Source of the DNA: Octopus vulgaris
Taxonomy: Eukaryota
Assembly: GCA_951406725.2 (NCBI GenBank)
Contig: OX597824.1
Span: forward strand, 63,922,001-63,986,000
Length of the DNA stretch: 64,000 nucleotides
Reading direction: 5' to 3'
How positions within the stretch are numbered: position 1 is the stretch's first letter; every line of letters starts with the position of its first letter. Positions 24,770 to 36,780 of the stretch are shown one piece after another. Position numbers and translations under genes: made by a program. The notes under the pieces were generated by a model that searched no databases, was not told the DNA's origin, and saw only the letters and a list, made by a program, of their open reading frames with translations.

Positions 24770-26989
24770 TAGTTTTATTTTTATAGCGTGCTTTCACTTC
24801 ACTACCGAGCGCAGCTCTGTGTGCCTTGGGTATGTGCTGTGATTTGTTGTGATGCTCTGATGGTTATTGTATGGAAAGTGTTCTGCGTAGGATGTGTGCA
24901 GTGCCTAGTAGTGCAATTTTCTGTATGTTATATGTGTTTGTAAGTCCTGGTGTTTTTGTTATGTATTTATCTGAATATTTTTTTATCATGCCTAATGCAC
25001 CTACTATGATAGGAATTGTTTCTGTTTTCAGATTCCACATTCTAGTTACATCTATTTCCAGGTCTTTGTATTTTGAGAGTTTCTCCATTTCTTTTAGAGA
25101 CACGTTGTCATCTGCCGGTATTGACACATCAATTAGAAAGCATTTTTTTCTTCATGATCTCTGACAACTATATCTGGTCTGTTGGCCTTAATTTCTCTAT
25201 CTGTGTGTATCGGCATATCCCAGAGCATGGTTGCTTTCTCATTTTCTGTGACCTTTTCTGGTGTGTGCCTATACCATCTTTTTTCTGTTGTTATTCCATA
25301 ATGTTGGCATAGCTTCCAATGTATGTAGGTTCCAACTCTGTCATGTCTGTGAATATATTCCTTCTTAGCCAGGACTGGGCAGCTAGAGATAATATGATTT
25401 ATTGTTTCTTGTCCATCTCCACATATTCTGCAGTTACTTGTAATATTTCTTTTCATTACATGTTTTTGGTAATTTCTGGTGGGGAGGCTTTGGTCTTGTG
25501 CTGCAATTAAAATCCCTCTGTTTCTGCTTTGAGTCCTGAGCTTCTCGACCATTGCTGGGATTTTTCTTTGTCTATTTCTTTTGCGTTTAGTTTAGTGCAG
25601 TATTTACCATGAAGGGGCTTTTCTTGCCATCGTTTTATCATGGTTCGTTGCTGTTCTATTTTTAGTTTGGATTTCATTTGTTTTATAGCTTTTGTTGTTT
25701 CTTCATCATCTTCTTCTTCTTCTTCTTCATGTTTATTAGGTGGTATGATTTCTTGTTTGTATTTGTCAGCTTCCTTAAATACTGAGAACAGTTTTTTGTT
25801 TTGCTCGTGTTTTGCTGCTATCTGGATCAGTTTTCCTTCCTTCCTTCTGAAGTAGATGTTTTTGCAGTCCTATGGTGGTTATTTTATAGTAGTTTTCCAG
25901 CTGTATAAGGCCTCTACCACCTTCTCTACGTTGTATATATAGTCTTTCTATGTCAGATTTTGGGTGATGCATCCTAGATCCTGTCAGTATTTTTCTTGTT
26001 TTCCTATCTATTTTGGACAGTTCATTTCGTGTCCAGATAAGGATATTGTAGCTGTAACTTATAACTGGGACAGCTAAAGTGTTGATACCTATTATCTTGT
26101 TTTTAGCATTGAGCTCTGTTTTTAGTATTGATCTAACTCGTCTATAATATTCTTTTTTTATTTTCTCTTTCATTTGTGTGTGTTGTGTCTTATCTAGTTC
26201 ATGGATTCCTAAGTATTTGTAAGTTTGGCTTTGGTCTAATTCTTTTATTTCATTGGTTTTATCTAGTGTGATGTTGTTACTCTTAACTAGTTTTCCTCTT
26301 TTCATGGTTACTTTGGCGTATTTTTTCTAATCCAAATTTCATATCTATTTCTTTGGTAAATCCATGAACTGTCTTTAATAGTGTTTCCAGCTGTTTGTCA
26401 TTTGCAGCGTATAGTTTTAGGTCATCCATATATAAAAGGTGGCTGATCGTTTTGCCGTAACATTTATATCCGCATCCAGTTCTATTTAGCATATCAGATA
26501 GAGGTGACAGTGCCAAGCAGAAAAGGAGTGGAGAGAGCGTGTCTCCCTGGAATATTCCTCTCCTAATGGGGATATCTTTGGTTTTCATGAGTCCCTCTTT
26601 TGTTTGGAGGTGTAGGACTGTTTGCCATTTATTCATAGAGTGCTCTATGAATTTTATAATTGTTGGTGCTACTTTGTTAATAGCTAGTGTTTCGAGGATC
26701 CATGTGTGGGGGATGCTATCAAACGCCTTTTTGTAGTCAATCCAGGCCATACTGAGGCCTTTCTTCTTTCTGTGGCTGTCTTCAGTTACGGCTTTATTAA
26801 TCATTAGTTGATCTTTACAGCCATATGAGCCTTTGCGGCATCCTTTCTGCTCTTCTGGGAACAGTTTGTTTTCGTCCAGGTGCTTGTTCAGCCTTTGCGA
26901 TATCACTGCAGTAAATGCATTGAACATAGTAGGGAGGCAGGTTATTGGTCTGTAGTTTTCTGGTTTTGCTGTTTCATTTGATTTGGGAA

Positions 26990-26991
<2 letters not shown>
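24767..26991 (-). mobile_element. 5'-truncated R4/Dong-clade LINE (second family), frameshifted
   Basis: ORFs 26283-27389, 25775-26305, 25133-25552 and 24864-25127: NYRPITCL, PEEQKGCRKGSYGCKDQL, WIDYKKAFDS, GIFQGDTLSP, HLLYMDD, CRICGDGQETINHIISSC, RHD, NRPDIV, KYKDL, GTAHILRR. (TTA)n flanks on both sides. Confidence 0.95.
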
Positions 26992-27030
<39 letters not shown>

Positions 27031-27097
27031 CTATTATTATTATTATTATTTTTATTATTATTATTACTATCATTACTATTATTATTATTATTATTAT

Positions 27098-27165
<68 letters not shown>

Positions 27166-27269
27166 TTACTATCATTACTATTATTATTATCATTATTTTT
27201 ATTATTATTATTATTACTATCATTACTCTTATTATTATTATTATTAGTAGTAGTAGTAGTAGTAGTAGT
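26992..27269. repeat. (TTA)n/(TAG)n compound microsatellite
   Basis: Direct reading. Confidence 0.95.
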
Positions 27270-27822
27270 GAGTGAGAGAGCAGCGCATGCCATCAAAGTG
27301 ACACTGGGGTACAAATATACGAAACCTAATATACCTATCATGACTACCCATCTCATAAGGGAAGGGTACACCAGGCACATGCATCGCAACTATGTATGCG
27401 TGATATGGTGATCTCCTGCCCAGATAAACGACGCATAACATTTCAGGTGGGGCCCAGTTAAAATTTTCTTCAGGTCGAGTATCCCATACCACTCAAGAGA
27501 TCCCTAAATAAGATTTGTTTTAAGGATGATGAACAAAACACCCAGAGGTGAATAATTCAAAGCCCAAAGAATTCCTCTCAGCTCATGGCTATGATATTCC
27601 CCTACTACTTCTGCTCGTTATCAGAGATGCACATATCGTCAGCCACTAAGGGGCATGCTCAAGCGGTTAAGGTCAAACAACTTACAAGCAACTCTGTGAT
27701 ACTGAAGAGAATATCTGCTCGAGCCCATATATTATAATAATATAAAACAATGTACATCATAACACTTTCAATTAGTTAAGATTAAAAGCCATTAAAACTA
27801 CTGCCTGGTACAGCATCAGGGC

Positions 27823-27826
<4 letters not shown>
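27270..27826 (-). mobile_element. ~550-bp non-coding retroposon-like element flanked by TAA-type repeats
   Basis: Other copies at 29060-29527 and 50123-50275. The 3' end ...gc.ctgctctctcactc is followed by a trinucleotide tail in both copies that retain it. Confidence 0.7.
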
Positions 27827-27870
<44 letters not shown>

Positions 27871-27896
27871 TATTATTATCATTACTATTATTATCA

Positions 27897-27944
<48 letters not shown>

Positions 27945-28019
27945 TAATACGCTTGTACCGTCGGTGTTTCTCACTCTAAGGGAGATAAGTCAGGATTAAA
28001 TTCGAGTTATTTCCCCTGG

Positions 28020-29035
28020 CTTCTGGACGGACATTGCTGCAAAGGTGGTAAAACTCTTTACAGTATATTCAAGCTTCCAGTTCCTTTCAGTGAAATAAAT
28101 GTGTGCAATGTTCCACCAATTTTTGACCAAGGAAACATTTTTAGGCGAGGAAAAGTTTTCATTATTAACGAATCTTCAATGATACCAGTTTTTGCTTTGA
28201 AAGCTATAGATAATTGTTTAAGGGATATTATGAATAATAATAGTATATTTGGTGGGAAAATTTTACTAGGAGGAGATTTTAGACAAGTTCTTCCAGTTGT
28301 TCCCAGAGCTCCTCCTGCAGCTGTACTTCATTTCTGCCTCAAACACTACTCTATGTGGGATAATTTTCATAAAATGCAACTTACAAATGCAAATGAACAA
28401 GATTTTTCGTGGTGGTTCCACTTGGAAGTGGATTTCTTCAAAGTTCTCTTGATAATCTCGCAGAAGACACGATTGATATTCCAGAGGCATGCATGTGTAA
28501 TAATTCTTTGGTATCTGATATATTTGACAATAGTACAGCAGAAGGAATGAAAAATAGAGTGATCTTATCCCCTAAAAATTAGGACAACTAAGCAGTAAAT
28601 GAATAAATTCTAAGTAGATTGCCCACTGAAACTAAGGCATATTTAAGTACCGATTCAGTAACTTCTGATAATGAAGAACAAGCCCAGAATTCTCGCATGG
28701 AGTTTATAAACTCTCTTATACCTTCTAGAATGTCTCCCTATCGCCTTAGCTTAAAAGTTAAAGCAATTATTATGCTTTTTAGAAACCTCTCTATAACACA
28801 AGGTCTATGCAACGGAACTCGATTGGCAGTAATTCAGCTCCACGAACATAGCATCGAAGCATCAATTATAAGTGAAATCTCATGCTCACACGAGAGTAAT
28901 AATTCCAAGAATCAAACTTACTCCAAGCAATGCAAACGTTCCATTCGTTCTGCATCGGACCCAGTTTCCAGTTCGTCTCTCCTATTCTATGACAATCAAT
29001 AAAGCACAGGGGCAAACATTCAATAGAGCAAGGGC
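28020..29035 (+). pseudogene. Helitron RepHel Pif1-family helicase fragment (disrupted)
   Basis: [81 protein letters not shown]; frameshifts and stops. Confidence 0.9.
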
Positions 29036-29059
29036 GATGAACAGTGTGAGGGTTAAACT

Positions 29060-29560
29060 CCAAAGAATCCCTCTCAACACATGGCTATAATGCTCCCCCA
29101 TTACTTCTGCTCATGATCAGAGATGTACATATTGTCAGCCACTAAGAGACATGCTCAACTGGTTAAGGTCAAACAACTGATCATGAGCAGAAATAGTGGG
29201 GAGCATCATAGCCGTGTGTTGAAAGGAATTCTTGGAGGTTTGGATAATTCACCTTTGGAAACATGGATGGTTCGTTCAACATCCTTAAACTATCCTTATT
29301 CATGGACCTTTTGAGCGGGATGGGCTACTCAACCAGAAGAAAATTCTAACTGGGCCCCACCTGTAAGGTCATGCGTTGTTTATCTTGATATGAGATCACC
29401 ATGTCGTGCACACATGTGATGCATGTGCCTGGTGTACCCTTATCAGACGGGTAGTCATGATGGGTATACTGGGCTTCGTATATTTTATCCCAGTGTCACT
29501 TTGATGGTATGCACTGCTCTCTCACTCAATAATAATAATAATAATAATAACAATAATAAC

Positions 29561-29626
<66 letters not shown>
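29060..29626 (+). mobile_element. Second copy of the ~550-bp element with an inverted 5' segment and (TAA)n tail
   Basis: 29177-29527 is the reverse complement of 27270-27625. 29060-29178 is in the opposite orientation. (taa)n at 29528-29626. Confidence 0.75.
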
Positions 29627-29627
<1 letters not shown>

Positions 29628-30184
29628 TTGTTTGTGACGTTCGACTTTGTAACCGCTAAGCTGATAACAGCAAACGTTCACAGTCTTAATGCACGTGCTA
29701 CGTCTTAACCGCTCAAACGTCTCCGCAAAAATACGAGATTTGCCAAGTTTTAACTGGCTTTTCTTTTATATCTTCTATTGTTAAATGAAGAAAGCTCTAA
29801 GGAGAAGATTTCTTTCTTCAAGTCTTTGAAATAGCACATCCTTCGTGTTCTTTATGCATGCTTCTTACTTCACTTTCATGCACATCCATTGACGTCTCAG
29901 TCTATGACAGTTGCAACTTTTAAGACTCCAGATTTTAGATTCGTATTTGGAATGTATTGGCAGCGTCAAAACTAGATAATCTTTTTTCTTTCTTTTACCC
30001 TGCTCTGTGTGTGTGTTTCTGTGAATGTGTGTGCATCTGAAAACATTCACTAACACAAATATAGCATATACGAAAAGTAGCACACATTTATGAGAGCAAG
30101 AATATCACGCGCACATTATATAACCACGCATGTGCCAAAGCATTCAAAAGATGCAAACATGCACAAACACACGCACACACACAC

Positions 30185-30225
<41 letters not shown>

Positions 30226-30345
30226 AATACATATATATATATAGAGAGAGAGGGGGAGAGTAGAGAGAGTAGACGGAGAGGGAGAGAGTAGAAAGGGAGA
30301 GTAGAGAGAGAGAGTAGAGAGAAGATGTACACAAACATGTGTATG

Positions 30346-30376
<31 letters not shown>

Positions 30377-30620
30377 GTATATATATACAGAGAGAGAGAG
30401 AGGGGGGAGACAGTGACAGAAGCACAGACAGATAGGAAGAGAGACAGACAGACAGGGAGAGAGAGAGAGATACTAGAAGAAAACAGCGCGGGATGAGTCA
30501 AAATTTCTACGAGTATCATTGCTTATTAGAACATGTTATCGCTACGATGCATGTATGCGTTCATATGTTGGTGCATGTGTGCGTGCATGTGTGTGCGTAG
30601 TTAGTTAGATAGATATATCA

Positions 30621-30666
<46 letters not shown>

Positions 30667-30937
30667 AAAGGGAGATATAGAAAGTGAGTGGAATGCGTAC
30701 AACATACATGGGTGATATATAGATATATATACACACACACACACACACATAAACATAAAGACACACACATATCTGTGCATGTTAAACACATGTATATGAC
30801 ATATATTACATGAGCGCTTGAAGAGGACATAGACGAATGCAAGTAAGATAGAGAAGCAAGCGCAGAGGAACAAGGCAAAGGATAACCACGCCGACAACGA
30901 CTACGACCATGGATACGAAATGAGGAGGGGGGAGGAA

Positions 30938-31023
30938 AAGAAGAAGAAGAAGAAGAAGAAGAAGAAGAAGAAGAAGAAGAAGAAGAAGAAGAAGAAGAAG
31001 AAGAAGAAGAAGAAGAAGAAGAA
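30938..31023. repeat. (GAA)n microsatellite
   Basis: Direct reading. Confidence 0.97.
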
Positions 31024-31445
31024 AGTGAGCCGGGGGACTAAAAAAAAAGGAGGGAATGAGAGAAAATACTTGATACTTAGCATTATCTTCTATCGATTAA
31101 AAGCCGAGCAGATTGATCATCACTTGGGTCGACCATCAGGATTTCCTTTGAAGTTTTGTATGCATCAAATGTAACTGTTCAGAGTTCCTGCAAACCAAGT
31201 TGACACAAGATAAGATTCTCTTACGAAAGACAGATAAACGCTACCAGACAACACGAAATGTTAATGTATTTTATCGAACTGCAATGTTAATGCACAGACA
31301 GGTTTAGGTCAATGGAGTTAGTTTTTGATGTAGCATACACTCGAATCTGCACATATGTATATATATTTGTGTGTATGTATGTATGTGTGAATATATATAT
31401 GTGTGTGTGTGTGTGTTATGTGTGTGTGTATATGTGTGTGTATGA

Positions 31446-31486
<41 letters not shown>

Positions 31487-31560
31487 TGTATATATATATA
31501 TATATATTTATATATATTTATATATTTATATATATATTTATATATATTTATATATTTATA

Positions 31561-31601
<41 letters not shown>

Positions 31602-31666
31602 ATGTATATGTATGTATATGTATGTATATGTATGTATGTATATATATGTATATATGTATGTATATG

Positions 31667-31735
<69 letters not shown>

Positions 31736-31738
31736 GGG

Positions 31739-32046
31739 GTGGAGACGCAATGGCCCAGTGGTTAGGGCAGCGGATTCGCGGTCGGAGGATCGCGGTTTCG
31801 ATTCCCAGACCGGGTGTTGTGTGTGTTTATTGAGCGAAAACACCTAAAAGCTCCCCGAGGTTCCAGCAGGCGGTGGTGGTGACCCCTGTCGTACTCTTTC
31901 GCCACAACTTTCTCTCACTCTCTCTTCCTGTTTCTTGAGTAACGCTGCGATGGACTGGCGTCCTGTCCAACTGGGAGGGAACACATACGCCACAGAAACC
32001 GGGAAACCGGGCCCATGAGTCTGCCTAGGCTTGAAAAGGGTGACGA
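31739..32046 (+). mobile_element. SINE family A, full length, inside (TA)n
   Basis: Closely matches 9080-9395; tggcccagtgg A box and ggtttcgattcc B box. Confidence 0.92.
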
Positions 32047-32241
32047 TACATATATATATATAATCAAAATAAGCAAGAAGTATATCTTCGATAATTTGGT
32101 ACGATCGTTTCGTGCTACTTCATTTTATTAAACATTGTAAGTATTGCATCAATGTTGAGCAATCTTCAGATAATGCCATACAAAATTCTGGTGCCTCTGA
32201 CTTAAGTACCATATTCCTTTGAATCTAAATTTTGCTGAACT

Positions 32242-32274
<33 letters not shown>

Positions 32275-32319
32275 CTGTGTGTCTGTGTGTGTGTGTGTGT
32301 GTGTTTCATTACATTTATG

Positions 32320-32364
<45 letters not shown>

Positions 32365-32367
<3 letters not shown>

Positions 32368-32545
32368 CTTTTATCTTTTACTAGTTTCAGTCATTGGACT
32401 CCGACCATACTCGGACACCGCCATGAAAGGTTTCAGTCGAACAACTCGCCCCTAGTATTTATTTCTAAGCTTGGTACTTAATCTGCCGGTATCTTTTGTA
32501 AAGCGCTCAGGTACGTGGACGTAAATAATCCAAGACCGATTTATT
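32365..32545 (-). mobile_element. SINE family D-related 3' fragment
   Basis: ttttactagtttcagtcattggact..cgcc..agtcga..ctaagcttggtactt..gacgtaaa resembles the D 3' end. Confidence 0.6.
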
Positions 32546-32562
32546 TGCGTCCATACACACGT

Positions 32563-32629
<67 letters not shown>

Positions 32630-32842
32630 ATAGTTGCTGCTTTCTCGCATCCGAGCAAAGTCATTGCTAGAAAGAATCATTGAAATGAGTGATTGATGAT
32701 GCAATGTGAGGCCCTTGTATGACTCTTGAGCTCGGCGAAAAATGTGTACATTCTATACATACATACTTACGTACATACATACATACATACATACATTCAT
32801 ACATACATACATACATACATACATTCATACATACATACATAA

Positions 32843-33152
32843 GAGCACTCCGTCAGTTACGACGACGAGGGTCCCAGCTGATACGATCAACGGAACAGCC
32901 TGCTGGTGAAATTAAATTGCAAGTGACTTAGCAATCCACAGACGTGCGTACCCCTAACATAGTTTTCAGGGAGACTCCGCGTGACACAGAGCGTGACAAG
33001 GCCGGCCCTTTGAAATACAGGTATAACTGAGTGGACTGGAGCAACGTGAAATAAAGTGTCTTGCTCAAGGACACAATGCATCACCCGGAATCGAACTCAC
33101 GACCTTACGATCGTGAGCCGAATGCCCTAACCACTAAGCCACGCGCCTTCAC
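32843..33152 (-). mobile_element. tRNA-derived SINE with C-type core, inserted in (CATA)n
   Basis: Reverse complement ggcgcgtggcttagtggttagggc..gagttcgattcc..ccttgagcaagacactttatttcacgttgctccag; (cata)n on both sides. Confidence 0.85.
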
Positions 33153-33186
33153 ACATACATACAAACATACATACATACATACATAT

Positions 33187-34406
33187 CGAGGTGCATTCCA
33201 GAAATTTTGAGAACTTTTTAAGTGAGGCAGTTATAACAGTTCTAGATTATTGTAATTTTAGTTTATCATTATGATACATCTAATAAGCTGACCTGCCAAC
33301 TATTTTGTTCCAGATAGAAGGAGATGGTTGTAACAGCACTTTGAACACATCTTTTTAAACATTACTTGTCACACCTGACTAGTTTTTAGAATGCAGTTGG
33401 GGTGTGAAGACAGTTTGGAAGCGCACTATGCAATAAAGTTTTGTGTTAAACTGGGAAAACGCTACAGAAAACTGTGAAATGCTCCAGACGGCTTATGTAT
33501 CAACTTGTCTGAACCTAGCATCTGTTTTTATCTAGAACAAATGAGTCAAGAACTGTAGAGAGAAGGTGATAGACGACGAGAGGTGGGGGGAGGGTATCAG
33601 AAAATCAGAACTGGTTGAGGTAATTTGCTATTTTCTGAATTAAGACCATCGTGTGTCTATAAAGGCAATAATCATTCAGCTTGGAATTGATGTGGCAACT
33701 ATACATAGAATTATTCATGAAGAGATGAATACGTGCAAAATTTGTTCAGTTTGTTCCCAGGGTACTCAGTGACGAACAGAAGGAAAGACGCGTTGGTGAC
33801 ATCAGGGAGGTATTTGAGCTCATTACCTCCAATCCGCGAATAATTGAGTTTCTGATAACCTGTAACGAAAGCTGGTTCTACTGATAGATGAAGAGACCAA
33901 GAAACAATATGCCCAATGGGACGGATCCTGGTTCCCCAAGACCAAGGTGGTTAGGCAAAGAAAGTCTACCAGGAAGCTCCATTATGGTCCCTTTTCGATA
34001 GCAAGAACATCGTCTACATTCACTGGGTAATTTGTGGCGGTCTTGAGGGAGTTCAGGAAGAGATTTCCTTCATCGCAAAAGGCCAGAACTTTTCCACATG
34101 TGTCGCTGACACCTACACCAGGACAACGCAGCAGTCTACAATTTTATCCTAGTAATCAACTCCATGAGATGGGTGGGCATCAAAACTAATCCTTACTCTG
34201 CCTATAGTCCAGAACTTGCTCTCTATAACCTTTAGTTGTTCTCCGAGCTGGTGAAAAGAGGCAGTCGTTTTGAAAATATTGGGATGAAGGAGGTTGTGAC
34301 AAGGGTCCAAGCGACACCTTCACTTTGGAGTACCTCCAAGAGACCTTCACAAAGTCACTGGAGCGTTACAAATGCTTTGAAGCCAACTCTTCCGGAATGC
34401 ACCTTG
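33187..34406 (+). mobile_element. Degenerate mariner transposon
   Basis: TIRs cgaggtgcattccagaa and ttccggaatgcaccttg followed by TA. Translated remnants: YAIKFCVKLGK, FVPRVLSDEQKERR, ITCNESWFY, HQDNA, YSPELA. Confidence 0.85.
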
Positions 34407-34419
34407 TATATGCACGCAT

Positions 34420-34600
34420 GTGTGTACGTGTGTGCTTACGACGCGTTTCTTTCAATTTCCGTCTGCCGAATTTCACTCACAACGTTTGGTCGGCTTGGAG
34501 TTATCGTACGAGTAGACACCTACCCAAAGTTCCACGCAGTAGGATTGAACCCAGAACTATGTGGTTAGAAGCAAACCTATTACCACACAATCACACCAGT
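34420..34600 (-). mobile_element. SINE family D, 5' fragment
   Basis: ttccgtctgccgaatttcactcacaa..ttggtcggc..cacgcagtaggattgaaccc..tatgtggttag matches 41725-41860. Confidence 0.7.
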
Positions 34601-35544
34601 ATAGTATGTTATCAAATATCCCTTATTTCCTGTGAGGGGTTATGAATTCCATACTTAGAGGGGTTTTTCTCATATAACTTTTTAAGTCAAAAGGGAAGGC
34701 TCAGATTCCACTTTAGTCAAGAAAGAATTGACTGCTTCCTGGAGGAAACAACGCCATACAGAACAATGTGAAGGCAGATGACTTAATGAATAGAATATTG
34801 AACTCACCGTCGGATATCATGGTTTCGATTCTCATATCGGGTAATGCGCTGTGTTCTTGCCAAAACACTTCATTTCCCATTGCTCCAGCCCACACTGTAT
34901 CAGTGATATATGACGAGTTAACCCGGCGGTCCACTGTTCCTAGATGTATGTTGTTTTGTTTTTTTGTTAGTTATTTCCCTCCACATAAACCTTCATCCAT
35001 AACATTCGGGCCTTCAGGCCATGACCCGCTCGTCTAGTTTTTTGTTTTGCTTTTATTGTACCAGTGTGTAAACAAAACTACATTATAATTATACGTCGCA
35101 TTTACTTTATAGGGTACGATTTGAAGAGGATTTCAGTGCTATATCTAATAACTCTAACAACCGTGTAGTAATTCTTTCATTAGTTCCATCTAGCTGTAAA
35201 TAAGTGCCGCAAAATGGTGTAGTTCACAGCTGCCAGATGTCGCTGCACAGTAAAAGCGACCGCTTGGCTTTCAAACAGCAAGCAAAAGGTTGGTTACCAT
35301 GAGAAACAGACGAGTAGCAAGTGCATACACGGGCATTGAGTGTTCTATATCCAGTCAGAAGATATGATAAAAAGTTTGTTTTCTGATGCTTTTAGCCTGA
35401 CCTACCCAAAGACATAACCATAAGGTATGACAAAATATGTGTGAATGTTTGAGCACGTCAAGTCTGCTAAATTGGGCTACATGTGCAGAATTGCGTTACA
35501 TTTCAAGACTGCCAATTATTATTATTTTTTTTTTAGAGTATTGG

Positions 35545-35850
35545 ACTTTAATAATGTGGTTGTGAGTTCGATTCATGGACTGGGCTGTGTGTTGAGTTCC
35601 TGAGCAAAACATTTTATTTCACGTTGCTCCAATTCACTCAGCCGTAGAAATGAATTGCGACGTCACTGGTGCTAAGCTGTATTGGCCTTTGCCTTTTCCT
35701 TGGATAAACATTGGTGGCGTGGAGAGGGGAGACTGGTATGGCGATTGTTGGTCTTCCACAAACAAGCTTGCCCGGACGTGTGCCTCAGAGTGGAATTTTC
35801 TAGGTACAATCCCATGGTCATGTGTGACTGAAGGGGGTCTTTACCCTTTA
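35545..35850 (+). mobile_element. SINE family C
   Basis: gagttcgattc B box; ctgagcaaaacattttatttcacgttgctccaattcactcagccgtagaaatg; homologous to the 23455 copy. Confidence 0.8.
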
Positions 35851-36194
35851 TTCTATTTTGAGGACTCTTTCAAAATTTATCAAGTAAGCTATGATCCATT
35901 GCTTTTCTATCAAATTTTAAAATATATACTAATGATATATTTGATTAATCAACAAAATTTATTGGTTAATGAAGTGATCCTAAACAAGCTCTCTAGAATA
36001 AAAAAAGAAGTCAACTGAAACTTGATGGTAGCAGTTACTCAAGCACGTGAAGTTGCTTGGTTGATTCTTGAGTCGATGGTGCCATTTCCAGTTTATTTGA
36101 CAGAGTCACACCTCAAGTATTACCGAAGCCTAAACAAGCTAAGTAATGCTTTTAAATAAACCTTTAAGATTTCAATAATTATGTCTATTCTTAG

Positions 36195-36385
36195 GGGCGG
36201 CGAGCTAGCTGAATCGTTAGCACGCTGGGAAAACATGCTTAAAGACGTTTCGTCTGTCTTTACGTTCCGCGTTCAAATTCTGCTGCTGTTGACTTCGTCT
36301 TTCATTCTTTTCGGGTACTGGGGTCAATGCATTCGGCTTACTCCCGCCCACAAAATTGCTAGACTTCTGCCAAAATTTAAAACCA
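36195..36385 (+). mobile_element. SINE family B (internally deleted)
   Basis: ggcggcgagctagctgaatcgttagcacgc..ttcaaattc..aaaattgct..gccaaaattt. Confidence 0.8.
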
Positions 36386-36780
36386 CTAATTACGCGTATT
36401 GAGCAAAAGATGGTCAACCTACGATAAAATGATTAAGCATTCTGGATAATTTATCCACAGGTTTGAATTTGGGCGAAAAAAAAATGAAACACGACAGAAA
36501 TAAATTATATAAATTGTGTAATGCGATCTCATAAAACCGATTTCACAAAGAAGGCTTCTTCAGTCAAACATGGCAACTATTGCTGTTATAAATTTAATCA
36601 CGCAACAAACTATCATAGTAGAGTTTTTCTGGATATCTTTTTTTTTTCAGTACCAAAATAACAAAATTAAAAACGACAGTTGCTTGATATGCAAGTTGTT
36701 CATGGTGCCAAACATCTAAGAGAATTTTTTAATAAAAGGGACACTTTCATCGTTAATTACAATCGATTTGAAACCGTATA

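Noticed and set aside
26283-27389. 368-aa ORF joining the 550-bp element, poly-T/N and the Dong RT as a new chimeric gene
   Set aside because: The AAT/ACT repeat frame has no stops, so read-through is expected by chance. The RT frameshifts near 26300, and there is no expression evidence.
27270-29527. Composite TIR transposon carrying a helicase
   Set aside because: The inverted arms are tailed retroposon-like copies also found elsewhere (50123), there is no TSD, and the helicase is a broken Helitron fragment.
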